Assembly (NCBI GenBank): GCA_002269645.1
Contig: NIVC01002556.1
Coordinates: forward strand, 1-64,000
Direction: 5' to 3'
Length of the DNA: 64,000 bases
Origin: Macrostomum lignano
Lineage: Eukaryota
Translations under genes and position numbers: made by a program
In this document: positions 1 through 10,650 of the stretch, in pieces
How positions within the stretch are numbered: position 1 is the first letter of the stretch
Layout: the number at the start of each line of letters is the position of its first letter
Notes under the pieces: model-generated
Told to the model about the DNA's origin: nothing
What the model saw: the letters and a program-made list of their open reading frames with translations, nothing else
Databases searched by the model: none

Positions 1-127
1 CCTGCCTTTATCGCCAAGTGCTCCGCTACAAAATCCGCTTTACAAGAATTGACTTCAACTTATTTTGGGACTAAAACGGCCCTTTTAAGGGTCACCGCAT
101 AGCTGGCCGCTACGCAATAACGTGACA
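1..127 (+). repeat. 5' LTR (3' end only)
   Basis: Direct repeat of 3371-3498; ends in CA; followed by a PBS. Confidence 0.9.
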
Positions 128-133
128 TAATTT

Positions 134-150
134 TGGAGGTCCCACCGAGA
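134..150 (+). promoter_or_regulatory. Primer-binding site complementary to the tRNA-Gln 3' end
   Basis: TGGAGGTCCCACCGAGA is the reverse complement of TCTCGGTGGGACCTCCA, the typical metazoan tRNA-Gln 3' end; it starts 6 nt after the LTR. Confidence 0.85.
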
Positions 151-327
151 CTCCTACTCAGCACTGCCGGCTCGCAACTAAGTCAGCACCACCGAGACTC
201 CTACTCAGCACTGCCGGCTCGCAACTAAGTCAGCACCACCGAGACTCCTACTCAGCACTGCCGGCTCGCAACTAAGTCAGCACCACCGAGACCCCTACTC
301 AGCACTGCCGGCTCGCAACTAAGTCAG
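143..327 (+). repeat. 47-bp tandem repeat, about 4 copies, starting inside the PBS
   Basis: Unit CACCGAGACTCCTACTCAGCACTGCCGGCTCGCAACTAAGTCAGCAC. Confidence 0.95.
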
Positions 328-1150
328 TGCCATCAAGACTTCTGCTCAGCCCTGCCAGCTCGTAATCAGCGCCATCAAGACTTCTGCTCAGCCCTGCCAG
401 CTCGCAACAAGCGTCAGCAAGATTCTGCTCAGCTCTGCCGGTCTCGTGACTGAGTGCCGGCCTGCCACGTTTCTGCCTGACGGTCCGCAAGGCTACGAGA
501 GCCTGTGCCACGTCGTCAGGCCCAGGGGTCCTGACTGCTCGGCCGGTCTTCGCTCGTCGCCGCGAGTCGTCGCTGGTCGTCGCCCTGAGCAACGCGCGCT
601 GTCAACTGCGTTTGAGCTCGAGCTTACGCTCTGCCAAGATAGCTCCGCTGCGTGTGCCAAGCCACGCCAGGTTACGCTGTGCGCTGATTGTTTGTAGGGA
701 CTATTGCCTGACAGTTAGTCTGGGTGGTTTGCGTGATAGGACTCTCCCCTGTTATAGGCTTTTTGTGGTTCGCCCTGTCAGGCACGTATTTTTGTTAGTA
801 GGACGCAATCTCTCTCGTCTCTCTCGCGTCATCAACCTCAATTCGTTCTCTCTGGAACCTTACTCTCACTCGTGGTTGCTCCGTTCGCCTCACTCGGGCT
901 CCTGCCTGAGCTTCATCTCGCACAATGTCCGGCAACGGGGAAGACTTCGGCATGGCGCCTCCCGAGCCTGTGGCGGACCCAGTCGCCGCACAGGCAGTTA
1001 ATCCACCAGCCCCAGCCACTGAACCCAGACCCAGCTATGGGCGCCCCATCTGCCCACCCGTTAGGTACCGGCGTGCCAGGTGTCCGGCCTGCTCCAGCTG
1101 TAGGGTGGCAAGCATTAGTTTGCTCACGCCCTGGGCAAGGCGTTAAACTA

Positions 1151-1816
1151 CCTCCTGTGGCCCCGCTGTTCTCCGCCTTCCGCGCCGGTTCTCTCCTTCC
1201 TGCCTGTTGGGCGCTTCCGCGCTGGTCCTCTCCCCCCTGTCTGTTGGGCGCTTCCGCGCCGGTTCCCTCCCTTCTGCCTGTTTGGCGCGCTGCGCCGTTC
1301 TCCGCCTGGCGCGCTGCGCCGTTTCCTGCCTTGGCGCCCCTGCGCGTCTCCGCCTGGCGCGCTGCGCCGTTCCTGCCTGGCGCGTGGCGCCGTTTCCTGC
1401 CTTGGCGTAGCGCCGTTCTCTGCCTTGGCGCGTGGCGCCGTTCCCTGCCGTGGCGCCCTGTCGCCGTTTCCTGCCTTGGCGCGTGGCGCCGTTCTCTGCC
1501 TTGGCGCGTGGCGCCGTTCCCTGCCGTGGCGCCCTGTCGCCGTTTCCTGCCTTGGCGCGTGGCGCCGTTTGCCTGGCGCGCTGCGCCGTCCTCTGCCTTG
1601 GCGCTCTTGCGCCGTTCTCCGCCTGGCGCGCTGCGCCGTCTCCTGCCTTGGCGCGTTGCGCCTTTCTCCGCCTGGCGCGCTGCGCCGTTTTCTGCCTTGG
1701 CGCTCCGCGCCGTTCTGTCTCCGCCTTGGGCGCTCCCTTGCCGGTTTCTCCCTCCCGCCTGTTTGGCGCGCCGCGCCGTGTCCCGCCGCCCTTGGCGCTT
1801 GTCGTCGTTTGCCCGC
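1151..1816 (+). repeat. GC-rich degenerate minisatellite (units of about 25 bp) with a single A in 666 bp
   Basis: Recurrent GGCGC-GTG/GCT-GCGCC motif; the only A found by manual scan is at 1409. Confidence 0.9.
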
Positions 1817-2661
1817 AGTTGTCCGGACTGTGTCTCTGTTTCGTGCCTCTGCTCTGCATCTTTTGCCTCATCCGTCTTGTCACCTTTGTTCTGTGCTCCT
1901 TGCCTCATCTGTCTTGTCACCTCTGTTCGTCCTGTCGTTTTTTTGTGCGTTTGCGTGCCCGCGCGCTCCGCTCTGCGCTACTTTTGTAACCAATGTTATT
2001 CTCACTGCCATACCTACGTTGACTTTGATTTTCACCATTCATCTACCTGTATTCATTATTTACTGCAGTCTGTTCCTTTGTTTTCGTATTCCCCTTCAGC
2101 CTCTTCACTTCTTTTTGCGAGCGTGTGAAACATCCCATTTTGTTGCGGTGCCGGACCTCGAAAGCCGGGCGCCATAGGCGTTTTTCAACGCTCTTTCTTT
2201 TCTCTGTGCCTGTTTTTTTTTCTTTGCGCCTCTGTGCGCGTGTCTGGGCGGCGCCTGCGTCCCATTGGGGCGAGCCCATGCGGTCCACCGGGACCGGCCC
2301 AGCTGTTGAGCCGTTTGTCGGCTGGCTGCACCCTGCAGCGGATGCATTCTGCATCGTTTACACACCTTCACTCCACTGCTTCCCTCGCGTGCTAGCTCTT
2401 CTTTGTAATGTTCTGTAACTTTCTGTAATCCTACCACCTGTTCTGTAATTTGACTTCGATTATTCAGCCACTCATAAGCCTGTGGGTTAGTAATCCCTAA
2501 AGCCTCCAGTAATCATATGCTCATACAAACTGACTCAACCCCACTGTAATTCATTCTACTGTAATTTCATTTGCTGCGGTCATGCTGTGTTTTTCTTGCC
2601 GTCACCCCGCGTGTTGGTTTTCTTTTTGCGCGACCCTATCCTTTTTCGGAAGGGAGGCGAG

Positions 2662-3498
2662 TGTGACGTTGTCAGTTTAAGGTGGTCCCGAAAAGGGCCG
2701 TTGGACTGCTGGTTTTCCATAGTCATTCAACCCTTCAGTTTCACCGCTTCAACTAAACTTTTCCATTCGTTTATTGCGACGTTTACTTGTAGTAGTGCCC
2801 AACGATTTTGTGGCAATTTATAATTCATTGTATATTTTGCTATCCTCTCTCGCCACCGTATAAAATTGGCACGATCGATAATTTTAAGTTCTCTCGCCAG
2901 CCAATGAAATCACTCGTGTTCGCGCTACCCCCCTCTGCGCTCTTTTATTAAACCCCCCCCGCCTGGCGGCGGGCGCTCCCCTCGCTCTCTCTCGCTCCTC
3001 TCTCTCCGCTTGCTCCTTGTTTCCTTCCCTGCGGCCTCTTAGCTGTCTTATCTGTTTGTCTGGCTGCCTCGAGCCTCCTTATTTCTCACCACGGCCCTTC
3101 TGTCTGGGCCAGCCTGCTCACACGCTTACTTGACTGTTTCACGCCACGACCGACGCCTACTCACCACTACGTTTCACTGCCTTCACTGTGCTCATAGCCA
3201 CTGCTCACGTCACGTCGCCATTGTGTCATTCGCCTGCCACTTGACTTCATATCCAAATTATATTCAACCCATTGCTGCAGCCGCCAGTGCCCAGAAAGCT
3301 ATAGTCTGTTTATTGCCAGTAACAACCAAACTTAATACTGATATTAACAATAAAGACAACTACGGCAGTTCCTGCCTTTATCGCCAAGTGCTCCGCTACA
3401 AAATCCGCTTTACAAGAATTGACTTCAACTTATTTTGGGACTAAAACGGCCCTTTTAAGGGTCACCGCATAGCTGGCCGCTACGCCAATAACGTGACA
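2662..3498 (+). repeat. 3' LTR (837 bp), preceded by a polypurine tract (about 2648-2661)
   Basis: Starts TGTGACGTT and ends AACGTGACA (imperfect terminal inverted repeat); upstream GGAAGGGAGGCGAG; AATAAA near 3345. Confidence 0.85.
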
Positions 3499-4502
3499 AT
3501 TTCATGAATAATTAAAAATCATCGGAGTTATACTTATCTGTGTTTCCTCTCATCGGAAGGTGGCCCGAAGGGACGAACTTAAGTCTGCACGCACAATTCT
3601 GCAGATCGGATGAAACTCCCAGAAAGATACTTGCGTTTTCGCATGACTTCCCCACTCAGGATGAAAGCTACATGGTAGAAAACTCGTGACTGGACTGCAT
3701 CGCCATAGCAGCCATGCAGTAAACAGCCAGTAGAACAGCACCTACATGTACTCATGTACATGTAGTAAACGACAGCTGAGATCCCAGAGCCGCTATTTCG
3801 GGTTGCAGCAAGTAAGAGCACTTTATTACGCGTATGCCCAAATTATCCATTACTGCCGACTGAACAAAGGCGGAGAAGATTATTCAACTATTGGAATGTT
3901 TATTTCGACAAGCCCTCACTGGTAAGCAATAAGTTAAATATTTTGCATCAAAACACACAGTGTAGTCCATTGCTGTTTTTATGAAGGTAATTGCTGTCGA
4001 AAACAAATGGAAGTCAATAAATTAGAACTGGAATTAGATGCACACTCGGAAGACAAAATACGCATATGCACTGCACAGACAAAATAGAACTTCATGAAAA
4101 GATATTTTCATCGCAAGATGCGATTTTGGCAGGAGCCAGACACACCAAGCAGAGAAAAGTCCTTAAATGGAATACAGACGCTGAGGGCCGAGCTCGCATA
4201 TACGAATAGTCAGGGCTGCAATAGTTAGTGACAATTGGACTGACCTCCCTCCAAGTGCACATTTCTGTCTGGCGGCTAGAAAAAGATGAATAAATGGGGT
4301 GGCGAGCTGCATGAACAGCAGAGCTCGAGAGAATTTTTTACTGCCTTACCAAGTTGAGAAGTCCAACAACAGGTGTTGTTTACAAGTGTGCATCAGGTGG
4401 ATATTCACTAGAGCGCTTCATAGCAATCTCTTTGCGAACTCTGGCGACTCTTTCAGACTCCGGAAGGGAACCGTTAAACAGCCGTCGCCGCTGTTGCAGA
4501 CA

Positions 4503-5108
4503 ATGTCCGGCCCCTGCAGGTCAACGCCACCCACCAGACAGCCGAGGGCGCAGGCAAAGCCGCCTCCACTCCCCCAACGTAGCAACAGCGGCCGCGGCAG
4601 CGGCGGAGGCACTCGTGGAGTTACTCGTCAGCTGAGCGTGCAGCTCGCCCGGGGTGGAGGCCCCTTCCGCCGGACCCACTGCACGCTTCGCGAGGCTGCT
4701 GACGACAGCCAGGGCGGCTTCTTGGCTCTCCGAGTCATCCGCGAGCTCGCCAACTCAGCAGCAGTGTCGGCAGCATGCGCCTCTGACCGAGACTCCGGCT
4801 TTGCCACCGTCAACGAGGAATCCGGCGGCGTCTACGAGAGCCTCAGCAGCTCATCGTGTGATGCTGACGCAAGCAGCCTCGCAGAGGATAATGTCGTTGC
4901 GGCGACAGAAGGAATTTCGCGGCGGATTTTGCGACGTGGCAGCATGTGCGCCGCCCTCGGCAGTCGGCAATCCGCGATTGCAGGCGGATCAGAAGAAACT
5001 GCGGCCCGGCGCTGCCAGCGCCGGCCGTCTGTGCCGGACGGCATGGGCAGCCTTGCCAGGTCTGTGCGAGGGCCGATGGGGAACCTCTGGGATGGAAGGC
5101 CGGGATAG
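4503..5108 (+). CDS. Hypothetical low-complexity protein (201 aa); possibly an upstream part of the Shroom-like gene
   Basis: GC-rich ATG-initiated ORF inside AT-rich sequence; no recognisable domain; no in-phase donor to the 6351 exon was found. Confidence 0.35.
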   Translation: MSGPCRSTPPTRQPRAQAKPPPLPQRSNSGRGSGGGTRGVTRQLSVQLARGGGPFRRTHCTLREAADDSQGGFLALRVIRELANSAAVSAACASDRDSGFATVNEESGGVYESLSSSSCDADASSLAEDNVVAATEGISRRILRRGSMCAALGSRQSAIAGGSEETAARRCQRRPSVPDGMGSLARSVRGPMGNLWDGRPG

Positions 5109-6350
5109 GAAGTCGGGCAGAGTGATTACGAACGGAAGCCTTCTCTGGGGAAGCGAGATAATATTTAAACTTCCTATCGCTTAAATTGTGGCAAGGAACC
5201 TGAAAAACTTCCCACGTCGGTCAAGGGGCTCACGTGAAAATTCCGGGATTCCAGGTGGTCTCCATGGGAAATAAAACTGCGAGCTATATGGAAATCCAAA
5301 AGACGTGCGGCTTTCCATAAAACGAATAACTAGGTCAGCCCGGTCCTTTGACTGGCTATATTTTTACCCCTGACAATTGAAAGCTGTAAAAATGGCACAT
5401 TTTCTAGAATAAACTTGACTGGCGGTTTTGGCTCTCTGGACAGTGTATAATAAACCGTATATTTATGCACCAGGCAGACTTCGGTAATCATAAATTCAGT
5501 ATTCACTTTGCTCGATTCTTGTGCGTAAGTTTCACATTTCAATGTTCTTCGAAGGCTTTACTTTCGGAATGCTTATCCAAAGACACTACGAGTGTATAAA
5601 AAAGTTTAGCGACGAAAAAATGCATAAAATTATTGAAGTGAACAGAGTACGCTCGTAACAGACAAGCCTTGCTCAAGAAATTGAAGAGATTGTACTGTTT
5701 ATTTCTTGACATTCAACTTTGTTTAAAACAATAATCTGTGCATCCATAATGCATATCCTTAACCATATTGCTGATGACAGAGACAAGGAGACTAAAAAGT
5801 TAGCGAAGCTTCAATTAGCAAGTTTTTGATTAAATAGATCAGCCAGCTCTGCAGCCAGCCCAGCAAATTAGCAATCAGCCATGCGAGAATTTCTGTGCTG
5901 CGCAATGCAAATTCAATGTCCTCATTCGAGGTCCACCACGCCGCTTGCAGTTTCAAGCGAGCCCCTCATTCGCACTTTTTGTATTCAGCTCTTCACATTA
6001 GCAATGCATATTTTATGCTGTTCGAAATCAATTGCCCGCTTCCTATGCGCTGCTCTGCCAAGCTGTTGCCATGGGCCTGTCGTCTCCACCCGAGCTCCCT
6101 AACCACAGCGCCCCCTGCTCTGCTCTGCCTGTATTGCAAACCTCAGAGCAAATCCTGCCCGCCAATCAGGCGGTCATTTCTTCCGTCTCGTCCCTGCAAA
6201 ATCTCGAGCATGCAGAACTGTCATTTTCGCGCTCAAAATGGTGGGAAATACTTCCCGGAGCAATAATTTAAACTTTGTTAAAGATTCCTTCGCATTCCGA
6301 GGTCCCAAACTGCAGTCAACTGGCATCCCTTCCGTTGATCCGCCCAACAG

Positions 6351-6691
6351 GCCACCTCACAAAAAGCCGTCACCGCCTTTGCCGCCGAGGATGCCGCCAC
6401 CGCCGCCGCCCCGCCGCCGCCTCGTAGGAGACAGTCGGCCGGCACCGCAGCCTCCACTTCGGCCCCAGCCTCCGCCATCGCCTGTCCGGGACCGCCAGAG
6501 CCGAGGACGGCGGGCATTGATTCGACCATCCCACGCGCGACGTATGCCGAGCAGATCCGGCAGGCGCATCGACGGCTGCAGCCGCAGCAGAAGCACCCGC
6601 AGGCTGTCAGCCGGCACAGCTCCGTCAGCATCGTTACCTCCAGGCCGCCGGAGCTGCCGCCAAGAAGGTGCCGCCGTGATTCGCCCGCTAG
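6351..6691 (+). CDS. Internal exon (Pro/Ala-rich, contains PPELPPRR) of the Shroom-like gene
   Basis: CCAACAG acceptor and AG|GTGAGT donor; open frame; its phase-2 end joins in frame to the exon at 8381. Confidence 0.6.
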
Positions 6692-8380
6692 GTGAGTGCT
6701 GGGCTGTCAGAATCAGGAGTGGAAAACAACTGCAATGGTTTGGTTGCTGGATTTTGAACGGATAGAAGTGGATAAGTGAGGCGCGGAGCAGGATTTACCC
6801 ACCACACGCATAAGCAGGAAATCCAGCGGCTCAACGGAGCCAGAAAACTGCAGCAACTCTCAGGGCCTTTCTGGCCAGTGCAGATTCAATCGTCGCTAAA
6901 TTCTCCGAATGCCCAAATCGGGATCTGCGCAATGATCTAATGGGAAACGTGTCCTCAAGCCATATCGATGGGATATTTTTCCCAAGGGCTGGGGATTCGT
7001 TTCTCTCTTGAGCTCCGAAGCATTTAAAGTTTATCTGTGAAGCCGTGTTGCATGCCACTTGAGATCTGCCGTTCAATTTTAAGTGACTGGCCTCTCGAAA
7101 CTGCATTGGCGGTGCAAAAGAGAAATGTGCTTTGCTCCCCATTTTGCGTCGTTGATTTCTGGGAAGCGGCTGCCCCGCTGCTGCAGCGGGAGCTCAATGG
7201 GAAATCTCCCAACCTATCGGAAGGCGCCGCTAGCGTTGCGACCGAAGCAGGAAACTCTTTCAAAAAGAAACTTTCTTTACAGTGCGCCAAAGTTCAAGAA
7301 AATTCTACCGTCTTTCGGGCCTGATCAGTTTCCCGGTGGCAGCACAACAAAGTTTTGGTCTTTATAAAATCCATAGACATGCAGGATTTGCAGGATTTGC
7401 TAGACAGAGAAGCTTCACTATCTGAGCCACGATGTTTTTAAACTGGGGCGCTGCGATGAAAGCGTAAGTTTGCTCTCATTAAGTTTAATCCTGGCTCTCA
7501 AACACAATGTTCAATTTTCTATGGAATTTAATCCAATGAGGATGAAGAATTCAGGATAACGCAGGGCTATCACAATGGAGCGAATTATGACTGATTCCAC
7601 GGTCGGAGCACGAAGGCAGCCAGACGCGAGCTTGGGGAAACGAGGCGCAAGGGATAAAAAATCGCAATGGCGGTACGGCAGTAGAGTGTCTGGTAGAAGC
7701 ACTCACAATAATCGATTTACTATACAAAAAATAAGCGTTAATGCTGCAAGCGCAAGTGGCGATTGCTTTGCATTAAATGGATTTTAGGAAACAAAATATT
7801 TCCAGCTCTTTAGTAAAAAGAATTAACTTGGCTTTTGTGCATTGCCCGATGAATATTTTCACTAAGCTGATTGAGGAAAAAACACTGACTTGAAAAAATC
7901 TTCCCATTTTCTTGGCATCCCGATTTAAGCTGTTTTCAAGCAGCACTCTATCGGCGAGCTCTCCCGTGTCCGACGGGAAACAGTCTCGGAATTCGCATTT
8001 CCCAGACAGCAGGCCTGTGACAACTGCGCCTGTCAATCATGGCGCTCCCCAGTATCTCCCTCGGCATCTGCTGGTAGCGGCGTAATGACGGGCGCTAGTT
8101 CTGGCCGGAGCTCCCGGGAGACTTTTTCAGAAAATATTGATTCTTCGCGGATGTCGCCGGGGCGCACATAATGGAGATAAATGCGGTGTTCACTGACTGT
8201 CTTGTTTAGTGTAAAAATAGCTTCGAACTTTGCATAGGGCAGCTAAGCTTGATTTTCCTGCACTTTAGTTCCCTACGAGAATGATAAAAATGAGTCCCAG
8301 TTCACTCATAATTCACAGGATGGTTTTCATGATAGATGAATCATCACAAAACTATGCCTTTTCATCCAACATTTCCACAG

Positions 8381-9389
8381 GTTTCACCAGGACTCGTACA
8401 TCATGAACCGCAGTGGCTTTGCCAGAAGCGAGTCTGGAGGACAATTTCATCGACCAAAGCAGGACCGGAATGCCACGGGACTCGTTCCAGGTGCCCAAGG
8501 TGTCTCAGGAGCCACAAGTTCTCGAAAGCATGTCCACCAGCACCTTGTCAGCTCGCCCTCTCTGCCTGTGTCCCTATTGCAGCCTGATGTGCAGCCGCAA
8601 GCCCATGGGCAGCAACAGCCGGACAACTCCTTCGTTCGCTTGAGCCTTGAGTTTAACACAGAGCTGCGAGCGGCCCCAACTTTATCAAGCGACTCATCTG
8701 AGTCTCCAGAGTCGCCGAACTCTCCTTTCGCTAGTTTGCCACGTCCCTTTCCAGAGCTGGCAGAGCCCGAGGCCGCGGCGCCCCCCGAACCCGAGCTGGG
8801 CGATGACGCCGGTGGAGGCGATTCTGACGGTGACGGCGCGGAAGACGAGCTGCTGCCGTTGTCAACGCAGGATGCAGAGGAGCCGCACAACGAGTCGTTG
8901 GAGATGCTGCGGACAAACCTGGGCGACTTACGGCTTCGTCTTGCGCAAGCCGAAGCCAATCTTCTGGGCAGCTGGCGCCAACTGGTGATTGAGCGTTGCC
9001 AAGCAACCGGAGCCCTAGACAGCTATGATCGATACCTGAGTCGTCTTGGGCCCTTGGCTCGCCTGCGGTGCCAGCTCGACAGGCGTCGGCGTCGCCTACG
9101 TCAGCAACAGCAGCAGCTGGATGCAGCCGCCCTACCAGCCGAGATGGAGGAGCTGCGCCAGAGGACCTGCGAGTTGGAAAGGCAACTTGATGAGGCTCGG
9201 CAGCTGGCCGGGTCGGTGGGCCGCAATCGGCGTCGCCTGTTGGCCGAGCTACGTAGACGGCTTGCTCCAGGCGAGCTGATGAAGCTGCAGGAAGCTGTTC
9301 AGCACCGAATGCTGCTGGCCGAGCAAGCGGAGGCCACCCGCATTCGGGTGCTGTGCGCACAGGAGCACCACAGCCCCTGCTCTTGCTGA
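8381..9389 (+). CDS. shroom: Terminal exon encoding an ASD2 (Apx/Shroom domain 2)-like coiled coil; Shroom-family protein
   Basis: TTTCCACAG acceptor. The C-terminal 170 aa (LEMLR...NLLG...VIERC...LDSYDRYLSRLGPLARL...ELERQLDEARQL...RRRLLAELRRRLAPGEL) follow the helix pattern of Shroom ASD2 as recalled. Confidence 0.6.
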
Positions 9390-10650
9390 GTCATATTTAC
9401 TTCGATTGGACTATTTTTCGTCACTTTCTGCCCAACTATTTTTCAATCTTTCTCTAAAAGCTTTGCAAAATCGCATCAATCCTATGGAGCCCCGTCTTTT
9501 TATGCAAATAGACCCTGCTCGCATGTCAGAGCTTTCCAATCACAACTTGAGACGCCCGGTCAACGCTCTCACTTCACTTCCGGTCCGTTTGGGGCCGTTC
9601 GAAAAAATGTACAAATTAATAGACGGGAAAGGGAAACGCAAGCGGCATTGACTTCAAATCGCTTTGCTTTCGCTTCGTAAATACACAGTAGTTTACTAGC
9701 AAGCCTGAGTTTACAAAGAGCTCATTAACTTTAGAGCCCAGGCTCATGTAATTAACACAGTACGACTGCCCTACTTAGCTTTCTATACCGAAATACATGT
9801 AGCCACATAATCTTGAATGAAATATGCGGCAATTACTAGTGATTCATTTATTGTAGCCGAGAATTCAGAAGAATTCTACTGGCAGTAGTATGCAATGGTT
9901 GTGCACAATCCAGCAGTTGAGATGCTAGCCCTTGACTAGACCCGAGTTAATTAAACGCGTCAGGTGCCTCTTCTCAGCTTGCTACATGCAACAGCGAAGT
10001 TTCAACTGCGCAGAAAAATCGACTGCGCAAGAGAAGCAAATGGTTCCTCGCTAAGAAAGACTTGGCCGCGGGTTTCTTCATTAACGAGATGCGCTCAAAA
10101 TGCCTGCCTTAGTTTCGTTCGTTATGGCCCGCTACTAAATTAAAGTTTCGCAAACTTAAATGAAATTCACTTTTTACTTCATGTCCAGATTGCGGGACGG
10201 CCCGCATAAACTACCTTGAATTGCTTCCTGCTGTATGCCTTTCATCCCCTTTGGCAGCAGCAGAGACTCGGCACAGACCTGGAATTGGGGGACTGGGAAA
10301 CCCAGTTCCAAGACAGGGGGTCTGAGAGTCCCTCTGTGAGGCGGGCTGTGTTGGGGCCCAATGAAATGCGTCTGCGAAACAAATTTTACAGCAAAAATTT
10401 ACCATTTTACCATTACTCTATCCCTCAGGCTCTGGCCGTGCTGCAGCTTTCAGTTTCTTCAAGAAAAATCAATTCAAACTCTTGATCACACGAAAGAGAT
10501 ATTTTCGATACATGAAGGACTAAACTTGCAGCCGAAGCTCATAAAACGCGCAGCTCAAGTTAGAGAGACTTTGCTCCAGACAGGATCCACCTGCTTCCCT
10601 GCCTCCGTTTCGTGCAGCTGCAGGCTCTGCTTTTCGTGCAGCCGTGGATT

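Larger units (their letters stand above)
1..3498 (+). mobile_element. Non-autonomous (non-coding) LTR retroelement, TRIM/LARD-like; the 5' LTR is truncated by the window edge
   Basis: Bases 1-127 recur at 3371-3498 (one 1-bp indel), both ending ...ACGTGACA. A PBS follows the first copy, and a purine tract precedes the 3' LTR, which starts TGTGACGTT. The 2.5-kb interior has no gag/pol motifs. Confidence 0.85.

Noticed and set aside
872-2177. Long overlapping ORFs (up to 418 aa) on both strands
   Set aside because: They cross a repeat with one A in 666 bp, so stop codons almost cannot occur on either strand; the translations are repetitive, with no domain motifs.
6238-6765. ORF-track proteins at 6238-6765 (+), 6278-6631 (-) and 6357-6617 (-)
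   Set aside because: Shadow frames of the GC-rich exon 6351-6691, whose real frame is fixed by splice phase with 8381.
6790-7330. Protein-like stretches inside the Shroom-like intron
   Set aside because: Interrupted by a stop, no recognisable domain, and no convincing in-phase splice sites.
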